From an uncultured Gemmatimonadota bacterium (GTDB lineage Bacteria; JAAXHH01): a stretch of DNA of 64,000 bases. Position numbers and translations under genes: made by a program. Numbering within the stretch: the stretch's first letter is position 1; each line of letters begins with the position of its first letter. The notes beneath the pieces were generated by a model. The model was not told the origin of the DNA, did not search any database, and saw only the letters and a program-made list of their open reading frames with translations. Positions 34,139-43,772 of the stretch are shown one piece after another. Location: the NCBI GenBank assembly GCA_951812955.1, contig OX638340.1, positions 2,080,001-2,144,000 of the forward strand, read 5' to 3'.

Positions 34139-35404
34139 CTATTTCTTGGTGAAGACCAGGGTCCCGCTGTTGAGCTGGGAGGTGTCCGGAACGTTGGCGG
34201 CGACGACCACTTCGCTGCGGGGTACCAGGAACACGGTATCGTTCCGCTTAACGGCCTGGAGGCCGGCGCTGTTCAACGCGACCGGCGCGTTGTAGTGGAC
34301 CAGCACACGCGTCCCGGGCGGTATCCGGGACCAGCGGCGGACCTGCCTGCCGTGCTTTATCGTGCCTCTCGGAAAAATGTAATAGGTGTCGGACCGCTTG
34401 TAGGCGGGACCGGCGATGTCGAAGGCCGTCGTCCCCTGTTCGATTACGGGCACGGTGGCTGTGACCGACTTGACGTCTTCGGTGCGATCGCGGTTGAGAA
34501 AGACCACGGTTCCGACCGGGATCCGGTCCCAGTTCCTGATCTGGTTCCCGCGCATGACCGTGCCGTTCGGAAAGCGGTAAACCGTCGTGGCTTCGTTATA
34601 TTCGCCCCGGGCGATACGCCAGGCCGAGTTGCGGCGGGTTATTACGTTTTCGGACAACTGGGCGACTTCGGCGTCGTACCTTCCACGGTCGACCAGGCGT
34701 ACTCTGGCGATATCGATGTCGGGATCGGGTATCAGCCGACCAGCACGCACATCCGGGTCGTAAAGTATACTGTTGCGCGGATCCTTCGAATCCAGCCCCG
34801 CCCTCGCCCGGCTGAAGTTAAACACCCCGGGATCCTTCTTGCGTCCGCGGTGGGGCCGCTTTACCCATTGGTTCGGCCTGCCATAGGCGACGCGGTAATG
34901 CTCCAGCACGTGGTGATCGGGTATCTTGTACACCCGCTGCATCACCTCGATCAGCCACTTGAGGGACTCGTACTGGGACGCGGTAAATGGGTCGTTATGG
35001 TACCCCACCAGTTCGATACCGATGGAATGACTGCTGATGTCCCTCAGCCCGTTCCACATGCTCAGGCCCGCATGATGCGAACGATACTGCTTGTTCAAAA
35101 TCCGATAAATGGTCCCGTTCCGGGCGACCAGGTAGTTGGAATGTCCCCTGCGGGAAAGCGTTCTCAGCGCGCTTCTCAGGCCCGATTCCGTGCTGTGCAA
35201 TACGACAAAGCGCGTGGATTTCCGGCGGCGTTTCTTGAAGGACCGGGGCAGGTGTTTCTGATAGTCTACAATCCTGGGGGTCGCCTGGTCTGCCTCGAGG
35301 ACTTCAGGTTCCAGGGAAACCGGCCAGAGCAGGGCCAGGCAGATGAGCCAGACCGGTGCATGGACCAGCGCGTGGTATCTGTACTTGTTTGGGATCAGGG
35401 CCAT
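34139..35404 (-). CDS. N-acetylmuramoyl-L-alanine amidase (amidase_2/PGRP domain) with two C-terminal SH3-like/beta repeat modules
   Basis: N-terminal TM/signal. ..TRFVVLHSTESGLRSALRTLSRRGHSNYLVARNGTIYRIL.. resembles the AmpD/AmiD amidase_2 core. Duplicated modules (RFPNGTVMRGNQIRNWDRIPVGTVVFL / IFPRGTIKHGRQVRRWSRIPPGTRVLV). Confidence 0.6.
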   Translation of the reverse strand: MALIPNKYRYHALVHAPVWLICLALLWPVSLEPEVLEADQATPRIVDYQKHLPRSFKKRRRKSTRFVVLHSTESGLRSALRTLSRRGHSNYLVARNGTIYRILNKQYRSHHAGLSMWNGLRDISSHSIGIELVGYHNDPFTASQYESLKWLIEVMQRVYKIPDHHVLEHYRVAYGRPNQWVKRPHRGRKKDPGVFNFSRARAGLDSKDPRNSILYDPDVRAGRLIPDPDIDIARVRLVDRGRYDAEVAQLSENVITRRNSAWRIARGEYNEATTVYRFPNGTVMRGNQIRNWDRIPVGTVVFLNRDRTEDVKSVTATVPVIEQGTTAFDIAGPAYKRSDTYYIFPRGTIKHGRQVRRWSRIPPGTRVLVHYNAPVALNSAGLQAVKRNDTVFLVPRSEVVVAANVPDTSQLNSGTLVFTKK

Positions 35405-35499
35405 CGTGTGAGTATGTTAATGCACATACTTTAATTTTTGTACTGCTTTTTACAATACCACTACTCAGGCGAAGCAACCCGTCGACTGGGCAAGGTCCG

Positions 35500-36633
35500 C
35501 TACCAGTTCGTAAAGGATCCATCCTCGCGCTGCAGCGTGTGGCCCCGGGCCGGGCGGTACGGAAGACGTTTCGCCGCATCTTCGTCGAATTCCAACCCCA
35601 GCCCCGGACGGCCGGGCGGAAGCAGATATCCTTCCTTCCATTCGACCTGGACGGGAAAGATCTCCGGGAGCATGCCCGGCAGTATAGGCAATTCCTGCAC
35701 GGCGAAGTTCGATGACGCGAGGCTCAGGTGCAGGCAGGCCGCCGTGGACACGGGGCCAAGCGGGTTGTGCGGCGCCAGGTCGATGTAGTGGGTCTCGCAC
35801 CAGCCCGCGACCTTACGCGCCTCGGTCAGTCCGCCCACGAGGCATAGGTCTACCCGGGCGTAGTTGATCAGGTCTTCCTCGATCAGTTCCCGGAATTCCC
35901 ACTTGCTGGTGAAGTGCTCGCCGACGCCGAGCGGCACGGCAACGTGCTGTCTGAGCATCCGGTAGGACGACTTGTTCTCGGAACGCAGGGGGTCTTCGAT
36001 GAAAAAGGGCCGGAAGGATTCGACGGCACGGCAGAAGGCGATCGCATCGGGTGGATCAAGACGGGTATGGACATCGCAGATCAGTTCGACGTCGTCGCCC
36101 AGGGCTTCTCTTAGCGCCTTGAACTGCGCGATGCCCTCGCGCACCGCCCTTGTGGGCTCCAATACCTCGCCTTCGTGGGGCAGCCCCCAGCGGATGAACT
36201 TCCATCCGTCTTCCACCCTGCCCTGCGCCTGGCTGACCAGTTCCTCGGAAGGGCCGTCGCCGCCGCAATGCGTATAGCAGACCACCTTGTCCCGGCACCT
36301 GCCGCCGAGCAACTCGTAAACGGGAACGCCGAGCGCTTTACCGTGGATATCCCAGAGGGCGATGTCGATAGCGCTGACCGCGGCGGACAGGGCGTGGGCG
36401 CCGGGGAAAAAACCGCCGCGGAACATCACCTGCCACAGGTGTTCCCTGCGGATCGGATCCTGGCCGACGAACCGGTCCCGGAGGGCGAGGACGATCTCCC
36501 GGACGGCCAACTCGCACCAGGTCAGGCCGCTTTCACCGATCCCGTAGATACCTTCGTCCGTCTCCACCTTGACGAAAAGGTAGTTTCGGTTTCCACCCCA
36601 GACCGGGAAGACTTTAATGTCGGAAATGCGCAT
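35500..36633 (-). CDS. Enolase-superfamily sugar-acid dehydratase (galactonate/mannonate dehydratase-like, MR/MLE family)
   Basis: MRISDIKVFPVWGGNRNYLFVKVETDEGIYGIGESG.. N-terminal capping domain followed by a TIM-barrel with metal-ligand acidic residues; 377 aa. Confidence 0.75.
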   Translation of the reverse strand: MRISDIKVFPVWGGNRNYLFVKVETDEGIYGIGESGLTWCELAVREIVLALRDRFVGQDPIRREHLWQVMFRGGFFPGAHALSAAVSAIDIALWDIHGKALGVPVYELLGGRCRDKVVCYTHCGGDGPSEELVSQAQGRVEDGWKFIRWGLPHEGEVLEPTRAVREGIAQFKALREALGDDVELICDVHTRLDPPDAIAFCRAVESFRPFFIEDPLRSENKSSYRMLRQHVAVPLGVGEHFTSKWEFRELIEEDLINYARVDLCLVGGLTEARKVAGWCETHYIDLAPHNPLGPVSTAACLHLSLASSNFAVQELPILPGMLPEIFPVQVEWKEGYLLPPGRPGLGLEFDEDAAKRLPYRPARGHTLQREDGSFTNW

Positions 36634-36715
36634 GGGTATCGCAGGCTCCCAAGCCGTGCCGGAAGCCTGCCGGTTATTCCTTGCCGGGAACCTGCTCCCT
36701 GTGCCTTGCCGAAGC

Positions 36716-37288
36716 CTACTCCTCGGGCTCGAAGTCCAGGGAAGCGGAATTCATGCAGTACCTGAGTCCCGTGGGCTTCGGTCCGTCGGTAAATACGTGG
36801 CCCAGGTGGGAATCGCATCGCTTGCACAACACCTCGGTGCGGACCATGCCGAAACTGCGATCCGTTTTCTCGTCGATGTTCTCGTCGGCGACCGGCTCGT
36901 AGAAACTGGGCCAGCCCGTGCCCGAATTGAACTTGGTCCTGGACGAGAAGAGCGGCGTTCCGCAACCGATACACTTGTAGATACCGTCTTCGTAGTGCCT
37001 GTCGTATTTGCCGGAAAAGGCCCGTTCCGTGCCATTCTCCCGGGCAATGGCGTACTGCTGGTCGGTGAGTCGCTCTTTCCATTCTTCTTCGGTCCTGACT
37101 ACTTTTTCCACCGTAACAGCTCCTTTCTTCGTTCCGTCGGAAGCGACCTCGACGATGGTCACTTTCTCTGCGGGGCCGGACTTGCCCTGTGCCGCTGCTT
37201 CGTCCTGTTTCGCCATGCCCGAATCGCACGCGGCAATGAAAACGAACGCGGCTACGAACGCGACTACGTTTACAATCATTCTGTACAT
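36716..37288 (-). CDS. msrB: Peptide-methionine (R)-S-oxide reductase MsrB, lipoprotein/secreted form
   Basis: Lipoprotein signal (..[10 protein letters not shown]). SelR domain with two CxxC pairs (CIGCGTPLF .. [16 protein letters not shown]) and [10 protein letters not shown]. Confidence 0.85.
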   Translation of the reverse strand: MYRMIVNVVAFVAAFVFIAACDSGMAKQDEAAAQGKSGPAEKVTIVEVASDGTKKGAVTVEKVVRTEEEWKERLTDQQYAIARENGTERAFSGKYDRHYEDGIYKCIGCGTPLFSSRTKFNSGTGWPSFYEPVADENIDEKTDRSFGMVRTEVLCKRCDSHLGHVFTDGPKPTGLRYCMNSASLDFEPEE

Positions 37289-37421
37289 GACACCACCTCC
37301 CGGTCAACGAAGGTACATCTGCAGGCCGGGGCCAGTCGCGACCGGCAGAAACCGGCCGGTACGGACAGACGCAGGCAGGGGCCGGCATGGTCCGACAGAA
37401 ACCGGCCGGTGCGGACCGGCG

Positions 37422-38723
37422 CTATCCGGTTCCCGTCTCCTGCATGAGCGCCGCCTCGGTCGTGGAAATTCCAGGGACGGGGAAACCTTTGCATAGATCC
37501 CTGACCTCGTCATGGATCGACGAAAGTGCTTCGTCGTTTCCGTGGTTCTCGATCGCCCTGTCGATCCACCCGGCGATCATCTTCATTTCGGGTTCCATCA
37601 TACCCCGCGTCGTGGCCGCCGGCGTACCTATACGGATCCCGCTCGGGCTGAATGGCGATCTCGTATCGTAGGGTACCGTGTTCTTGTTCACGGTCAGCCC
37701 GGCCTTGTCGAGGGCGGTTTCGGCATCTTTTCCTATGATGCCCTTGCTGGTCAGATCCACCAGCACGAGATGGTTGTCGGTCCCGCCGGAAACGAGATCG
37801 AAACCATGCCCGATCAGCGATTCGGCCAGGGTCTTCGCATTGTCCACGATCTGGCGGGCGTAGTCCTTGAACTCCGGCTGCATGGCCTCCTTGAAGGTCA
37901 GCGCTTTGGCGGCCGTGATATGATCGTGGGGGCCGCCTTGAAGTCCGGGGAATACGGCCCGGTCGATATCCTTCGCGTATTTCTTATGGCACATGATGAT
38001 CGCGCTGCGCGGACCGCGCAGCGTCTTGTGCGTCGTTGTCGTAACCACGTCGGTGAAGGGCAATGGACTGGGATGGACGCCGCCCACGATGAGACCCGAT
38101 ATATGGGAAATATCCGCCATGGGAATGGCTCCGGCCTCGTCGGCGATGGACTTGAAGGCCTCGAAGTCGAACTGGCGCGGATAGGCCGTGGCACCCGAGA
38201 TGATCAACTTCGGACGGTGTTCGAGGGCCAGATCGCGGACCTCGTCCATGTCGATGCGGCCCGAATCCTTTCGAACCCCGTAGGAAACCACGTTATAGGA
38301 CTTGCCGGAGTAGTTGACATGCAGCCCGTGGGTCAGGTGGCCGCCCTGGTCGAGTTTCATGCCCATGATCGTGTCGCCGTAGTCCAGCAGGCCGAACATG
38401 ACTGCGGTATTGGCCGGACTGCCCGAATAGCACTGGACGTTTACGTGCTCGGCGCCGAAGAGTTCCTTCGCCCGCCTGCGGGCCAGGTTTTCGATCTTGT
38501 CGATGTATTGCTGGCCGCCATAGTACCGCTTGCCCGGATACCCCTCCGAGTACTTGTTGGTCAGCACGGAGCCCATGGCTTCCAGGATGGCCGGCGAAAC
38601 ATAGTTCTCCGACGGGATGAGTTCAATGCCGTCCCGCTGCCGTTCGCGCTCGGCGATCAACAGGTCGTACAGCACTTCGTCTCGTTGCCTTACGGCGGAA
38701 AACTCCTGCATGATCGACTCCAT
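37422..38723 (-). CDS. glyA: Serine hydroxymethyltransferase
   Basis: ..LIPSENYVSPAILEAMGSVLTNKYSEGYPGKRYYGG.. and the PLP-lysine region ..VVTTTTHKTLRGPRSAIIM... The track start is a TTG at 38738; the ATG (MESIMQEF) at 38723 is preferred. Confidence 0.9.
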   Translation of the reverse strand: MESIMQEFSAVRQRDEVLYDLLIAERERQRDGIELIPSENYVSPAILEAMGSVLTNKYSEGYPGKRYYGGQQYIDKIENLARRRAKELFGAEHVNVQCYSGSPANTAVMFGLLDYGDTIMGMKLDQGGHLTHGLHVNYSGKSYNVVSYGVRKDSGRIDMDEVRDLALEHRPKLIISGATAYPRQFDFEAFKSIADEAGAIPMADISHISGLIVGGVHPSPLPFTDVVTTTTHKTLRGPRSAIIMCHKKYAKDIDRAVFPGLQGGPHDHITAAKALTFKEAMQPEFKDYARQIVDNAKTLAESLIGHGFDLVSGGTDNHLVLVDLTSKGIIGKDAETALDKAGLTVNKNTVPYDTRSPFSPSGIRIGTPAATTRGMMEPEMKMIAGWIDRAIENHGNDEALSSIHDEVRDLCKGFPVPGISTTEAALMQETGTG

Positions 38724-39116
38724 GTCACGGTCCACCAAAAACCCTGCGGCCTACGGATTCATGGTAAGAAATCCGAAAGAGACTCGCAAGCAAAAAGGGA
38801 CGGGATTGCCCTGGTCCGGCGCAGTTGACAGGGTGCGTTTCCTCAGTGCATTCGGGTGCAGTCCGAACGATGAGACATGAATCGATCAGCTGGATTTCAA
38901 AGATGGGTTGATCTCGAATGAAAGCACAACGGAGACCATATTGCTGAAATTCAATTCGAGATATTCGCGTAGTTCTACACTATATTACATACATCATGCT
39001 CCATCAGTGGCCACGCTAAGACATCTCCGGTGAGCGTCGGTCGGCACATATTTGTTGGAAGACGTCATTGCTTTTATATTTGGGGTATGTCATCAACCCA
39101 CCGCGAAGGAGTCGAA

Positions 39117-39323
39117 ATGTCAGGACAAGATCCACTGGAAGTACCATCGACCCGGTGGGACTTCCTCGTCGAACGCCTGAACAAGATCGACAACCGTCTC
39201 TCTTCCCTCGAAAATGCCCAGAAACATGTCGCAACGAAGATGTGGGTCGTCGGAACCGGGCTGACGACCATCGTCGTTCTCACCGGACTGATCATCAACC
39301 TGCTCAATTACCTCAAGCCCTGA
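39117..39323 (+). CDS. Small (68 aa) coiled-coil protein with C-terminal TM helix (DUF1640 / XhlA-like architecture)
   Basis: ATG at 39117 with AAGGAG 5 nt upstream. MSGQDPLEVPSTRWDFLVERLNKIDNRLSSLENAQKHVATKMWVVGTGLTTIVVLTGLIINLLNYLKP. Sits in an AT-rich (~45% GC) spacer. Confidence 0.5.
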   Translation: MSGQDPLEVPSTRWDFLVERLNKIDNRLSSLENAQKHVATKMWVVGTGLTTIVVLTGLIINLLNYLKP

Positions 39324-39339
39324 TCCGCGCTTCGAAACT

Positions 39340-40824
39340 TTATTTCTGCAGCATGCCCGCGGCGCTGACGACGAAGGCCGATAGAAGCACCACCGTGGAG
39401 ACGACCCCGAGGACGAGCATGGCGGGCCGGGTCCGGTAGGCCGGAGGCAATTTGAAATTCAGGTAGACCGCCGCGAAGCAGACCAGGCCCACGCCCATGT
39501 TGGTCGCCAGAAGGGCAACGATCTGCGTGATCAGGTCGAAGGTGATGTCGCTCCAGATCGCCACGGAGGATGAGATGAAGAACCAGATCACGATGAAAGC
39601 CTGCAGCTTGCGGTAGGAATAAGACGCGAAACGCGGCCAGACTGCCGTGAGGAACTCGTGGGCGAACCGGGTCAAGGCTTCCGGTATGGTAGCCAGCGTA
39701 CCCCAGAGAGCCGCGAGAATGGCCACGTAGTACACCGGGATAAGGGCGGCGTGGATCTGCGCCCAGATGGAAGACTGTCTCGTAAGTAGGTCCCACGCGT
39801 TGCCGGGAAGGATCGTCTGCCGCGGGTAAAGCACGACCGCGCCCGCGATCATGAAGGCGGCCGTGACGATGAAGAGCACGAGCGCCCCCATGGATACGTC
39901 CCACTTGAGGGGTGAGAGCAGTACGCGCATGCGCTTCACCTGGGATGGATCCTCCCTAAGGTAGTTGATCTTCAGCGTGCCGTCAATCCGGTCGCCAAGC
40001 CGCTTCATTACCGGGTTTCCAGTCAGGCCCCAGCCCCGGTGAGCTACCCAGCCGGAATAGGCCAGGTAAGTACTCAGCGTGCCCCCCACGTAGCCGAACA
40101 CCGTGACCAGGTTCAGGAAGTAATCGTTCCGCGCGGCCGACGGCGCCCAGTCGGGGGCTGCGGGCAGGTTCCCGATGGACAGCGTTCCGAAGAGGATGGC
40201 GCCGATACTCGGCCAGACGATGATCGTGGCCACGATCGTGCCGGTCACCAGGATGCCGCAGATGATGATCTGCTGCTTTTCGAGGATGTCGTAGGAGGTA
40301 AGCAGGCTCAGGCCGATGGCCAGTCCCAGGAACACCGTGGTAACCAGGTTCTCCCAGAACGTATCCGTCGGGCCCACAGGCAGCGAATCCGTGAAGATAT
40401 GGACAACGAGATTCCCGCAGGGCTTGGCGACTGCCGTCAAGGCGATGCTCAGGGCGAGCAGTTCGATGGTCAACAGCGTCAGGATGAACCAGCCCCTGGG
40501 ACCGGGCAACTTCGCCAGCATGCGGCCGAAAGGTTGGCCGCTCACCGCCGTAAACCGCCCCAGCAGGTACGTCACCGCAACGCCCTTGACGAGCACGCTC
40601 AGCAGGATCAGCCAAAGCAGGCCGTATTCGGCCCAGGCGCCAACGCCGGTGACCAGAATGGTCTCCCCCGCGCCTACCGCCATGGACGCCACCAGCGCGG
40701 CGGGCCCGAAGAAGCCCAGCATATGCTTGAACTTCTTCCAGGACCACGGTTCCGTGTAGACGCCGGTGGGCTCAGGTATGGACAGTATTTCGGAGGATCC
40801 GGCCGATTCTTCGTCTTTGTTCAT
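39340..40824 (-). CDS. Polytopic membrane transporter, distant NRAMP/APC-superfamily-like (about 11-12 TM)
   Basis: ..FFGPAALVASMAVGAGETILVTGVGAWAEYGLLW.. resembles the NRAMP first-TM metal-binding region; Gly-rich TMs throughout. The track start is a TTG at 40848; an ATG (MNKDEESAG) lies at 40824. Family call is tentative. Confidence 0.45.
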   Translation of the reverse strand: MNKDEESAGSSEILSIPEPTGVYTEPWSWKKFKHMLGFFGPAALVASMAVGAGETILVTGVGAWAEYGLLWLILLSVLVKGVAVTYLLGRFTAVSGQPFGRMLAKLPGPRGWFILTLLTIELLALSIALTAVAKPCGNLVVHIFTDSLPVGPTDTFWENLVTTVFLGLAIGLSLLTSYDILEKQQIIICGILVTGTIVATIIVWPSIGAILFGTLSIGNLPAAPDWAPSAARNDYFLNLVTVFGYVGGTLSTYLAYSGWVAHRGWGLTGNPVMKRLGDRIDGTLKINYLREDPSQVKRMRVLLSPLKWDVSMGALVLFIVTAAFMIAGAVVLYPRQTILPGNAWDLLTRQSSIWAQIHAALIPVYYVAILAALWGTLATIPEALTRFAHEFLTAVWPRFASYSYRKLQAFIVIWFFISSSVAIWSDITFDLITQIVALLATNMGVGLVCFAAVYLNFKLPPAYRTRPAMLVLGVVSTVVLLSAFVVSAAGMLQK

Positions 40825-41088
40825 GGAAATGAAATGATAAGAACACAAAGCCGTTACATCAAGTGTTTATACTGGCACTGGATTTTCCGACCGGCCGGAA
40901 CGCACAACAGGTTATGAAGACCGCCATGCGGAACCTGCATTACCCGTACATTCCGGTTCATAAATCCCTGTTTCGACTGGACTGCTCGTTGTATAATCAT
41001 CCCATAACCACTACGTACTGAGACTCGGATAGCCCCATGTCAATCCGGGTGTTTTCAGATCCTGATCCGGCTGAAGAAAGGAAGCCAA

Positions 41089-42654
41089 TTGATGGACGCC
41101 CTTCTTAAATCGAAATCCAATGAAGCCGATCGGTCGTCAGCCAGCTCCGGAGACCGGGAAGCCCTGACCCGTAGATCCTTTCTCAAGCAGGCGGCTTTCG
41201 TGGCCGCGGCGATGGCCGCCCCCTTTCCCGTGCTGGCGGATCCCTACGCACCGCAGTCCAGGAGCGCTGCGGCGGCCGGCGTGCGTCCGGTCCGCGTCTC
41301 CGGCCGCGTGCTTTCAGGCAGGGCGGGTCTGGGCGGCGTCGCGGTAACGGACGGACTGTCCGTCACCGCCACCGACTCGGAAGGTCGATTCGAGCTCGTG
41401 TCCAACACGATTCAGTCCTTCGTATCGATCTCAACGCCCAACGGCTACGCGTTGGAGCAGAATCCAAGCGGCATTGCCTCGTTCTACCGGCCGATCATGC
41501 CGGACGACTCCGGAGAGATGGCTGTCAGCTTCGATCTCGCGGAACTGGACGGATCGGACGAACGCCACGGATTTCTGGTGCTCGCCGACCCGCAGACCCA
41601 GGACGCCTACGAAATGGGACTCTTCCACGCGGAGACCGTGCCGGACGTCAAGGAGACCTCCGCCGCGCTGGCCGGCCGCCGGCTCTTCGGCGTGGGCTGC
41701 GGAGACATCATGTTCGACGATCTGACCCTGTACCCCGAGTACGAGCGGGGCGTGCTTCGCATGGGCATGCCCTTCTTCCAGGTCGTCGGCAACCATGACC
41801 TGGACTTCGGGCCGACCGACGACGGATCCGTCCGCACGTTCTGCCGACACTTCGGCCCCAACTACTATTCCTTCGATCGCGGAGAAATCCACTACATCGT
41901 GCTGGACAACGTGTTCTGGCACGGAGAAGGATACATCGGGTACGTGACCGACGACCAGCTCAACTGGGTAACCCAGGACCTCGCCCTGGTCGAGACCGGC
42001 AGGACCGTGGTGGTCTTCAATCATATTCCCCAGTATACCACCCGTCATATCAGAACCGGGGTCGACAGCCCGTCCATTTCGTCCACGACTGTGAACCGCG
42101 AGCGTATGTACCGCCTCCTGGAACCCTACAAGACCCACGTGTTCTCCGGCCACGTGCACGAGCACGAGCATATCTTCGAGGGCGGGATACACGAGATCGT
42201 TCAGGGCACGGTCTGTGGCGCCTGGTGGAGCGGCCCCATCTGCTGGGACGGCACGCCCAACGGTTATGGCGTCTACGAGGTCGACGGATCGGATATCCGC
42301 TGGCGGTACAAGTCCACGGGCTTGCCCGAAGACCACCAGATGCGGGTCTACCTCCGGGGCAGCGATCCCGGAGCGCCGGACGAGATCGTTGCCAATGTCT
42401 GGGACTGGGATCCCGAATGGCGCGTCGTCTGGTACGAAGACGGCATGCGGAGAGGCGCCATGGCCAGACGTCCCGGCACCGATCCGCTGGCGGAATCCCT
42501 GCACAGAGGGGCCGACCTGCCCGAACGCCGGCCCTGGGTGGAACCGGTGATCACGAATCACCTGTTCTACGCGCCGGTTTCGACCCAGGCCCGGAAGGTG
42601 GTGGTCGAAGCGACGGACCGCTTTGGCCGGACTTATGCATCCGAACTGATCTGA
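41089..42654 (+). CDS. Tat-secreted calcineurin-like metallophosphoesterase with N-terminal carboxypeptidase-regulatory-like beta domain
   Basis: Twin-arginine motif TRRSFLKQAAFVAAAMAAP. ..RVSGRVLSGRAGLGGVAVTD..ATDSEGRFEL.. (CarboxypepD_reg-like). Phosphoesterase motifs GCGDIMFDD, VVGNHD, GHVHEHEH. Confidence 0.75.
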   Translation: MMDALLKSKSNEADRSSASSGDREALTRRSFLKQAAFVAAAMAAPFPVLADPYAPQSRSAAAAGVRPVRVSGRVLSGRAGLGGVAVTDGLSVTATDSEGRFELVSNTIQSFVSISTPNGYALEQNPSGIASFYRPIMPDDSGEMAVSFDLAELDGSDERHGFLVLADPQTQDAYEMGLFHAETVPDVKETSAALAGRRLFGVGCGDIMFDDLTLYPEYERGVLRMGMPFFQVVGNHDLDFGPTDDGSVRTFCRHFGPNYYSFDRGEIHYIVLDNVFWHGEGYIGYVTDDQLNWVTQDLALVETGRTVVVFNHIPQYTTRHIRTGVDSPSISSTTVNRERMYRLLEPYKTHVFSGHVHEHEHIFEGGIHEIVQGTVCGAWWSGPICWDGTPNGYGVYEVDGSDIRWRYKSTGLPEDHQMRVYLRGSDPGAPDEIVANVWDWDPEWRVVWYEDGMRRGAMARRPGTDPLAESLHRGADLPERRPWVEPVITNHLFYAPVSTQARKVVVEATDRFGRTYASELI

Positions 42655-42735
42655 GGCCGGTCCAAGACCGACTCCGAGGCATCCGAACTGATCTGAGGCC
42701 GGTCCAAGACCGACTCCGAGGCGTCCGAAACTCAC
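42639..42735. repeat. Tandem duplication of a 42-bp unit (atccgaactgatctgaggccggtccaagaccgactccgaggc) covering the last codons and stop of the phosphoesterase gene
   Basis: Copies at 42639-42680 and 42681-42722, plus a partial third copy. Confidence 0.75.
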
Positions 42736-42812
42736 GGTGAAAACGAAGAACGGGTCATGAAGAGTCAACCATTCCCGGCAGAACGACACCGCCGGATAAA
42801 AGGGAGAACAAC

Positions 42813-43772
42813 ATGGCGAACGACGGCCTGATAAGCCCCTTCGACATCGATGACGAGGGATACTTCTGGCTCAAGGGCAATCTGCATTCCCACACGACCA
42901 ATTCCGACGGGAAGCCGTCACCCCAGGAACGGCTGGACGGGTACGTCAACCAGGGATACGATTTCCTGTGTATTTCCGATCACTACACCATAACCAGGAT
43001 CGACACGGTCAGCGCGCCGGACGATTTCGTCCTGGTGCAGGGTGCGGAGATCCATCCTGAGAACCCCTTTGGCGGCCAGACCCACCACTTCCTGGCCTAC
43101 AACATCGACGAAGACATGGATTCGAAGCGCATGCCGCCGCAGCACGTCATAGACGAGGTGCGCCGGCAGGGCGGCTCGATCTGGCTCGCCCATCCCCACT
43201 GGAGTTCGGTCAACATCCTCCGGGATACCCTGCCCCTTCACGGCCTGGCAGGCATCGAAGTCTTCAACACCACTTGCCGGTGCGCCGGACGCGGCGAGTC
43301 CTCCGTACACTGGGACGACTGGATGGACCTGCTGGGAAGGCCGATTCCAGCGCTCTCCAACGACGACTCCCACGCCCTCGAGTCGGAAAACCGGGATACC
43401 TACGGGGGCTGGAACATGGTGAAGGTCAAAGAACGCACGGCGAAGGCGATCATCGACGCGCTGGAAAGAGGCTGTGCGTACGTCAGTTCCGGACCCGAGA
43501 TCCGGGACATCCAGTTGCACCGCGTCGACGATATGGGTGATGGGAAACAGGTCGTGGAGGCGAGTATCCGGTGTTCAGAGGCGCAGAGCATTCTCGCCGT
43601 GTTCGATTCCCATGGTACGGAGTTTCGGGACCGGACAGGCCATGGAAAAACCTTCGAAGATGCCACGTTTACGCTGCGGCCCAATGTACGGTGGGTAAGA
43701 TTCGAGATCATCGCCCCGGACGGCACGAAGGCCTGGTCGAATCCCATGGATCTGGCGAAAGTCGGTCGGTGA
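42813..43772 (+). CDS. PHP-domain metal-dependent phosphoesterase (CehA/McbA-like)
   Basis: ..LKGNLHSHTTNSDGKPSPQERL.. matches the PHP HxH..SDG motif. ..ISDHYTI.. and ..AHPHW.. add further metal ligands; 319 aa. Confidence 0.7.
   Translation: MANDGLISPFDIDDEGYFWLKGNLHSHTTNSDGKPSPQERLDGYVNQGYDFLCISDHYTITRIDTVSAPDDFVLVQGAEIHPENPFGGQTHHFLAYNIDEDMDSKRMPPQHVIDEVRRQGGSIWLAHPHWSSVNILRDTLPLHGLAGIEVFNTTCRCAGRGESSVHWDDWMDLLGRPIPALSNDDSHALESENRDTYGGWNMVKVKERTAKAIIDALERGCAYVSSGPEIRDIQLHRVDDMGDGKQVVEASIRCSEAQSILAVFDSHGTEFRDRTGHGKTFEDATFTLRPNVRWVRFEIIAPDGTKAWSNPMDLAKVGR

Noticed and set aside
39030-39323. Prophage remnant inferred from the XhlA-like small protein
   Set aside because: No other phage hallmark genes (integrase, terminase, capsid, lysin) are within 20 kb. 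Neighbours are glyA and a transporter. It is treated as an isolated small membrane-protein gene.
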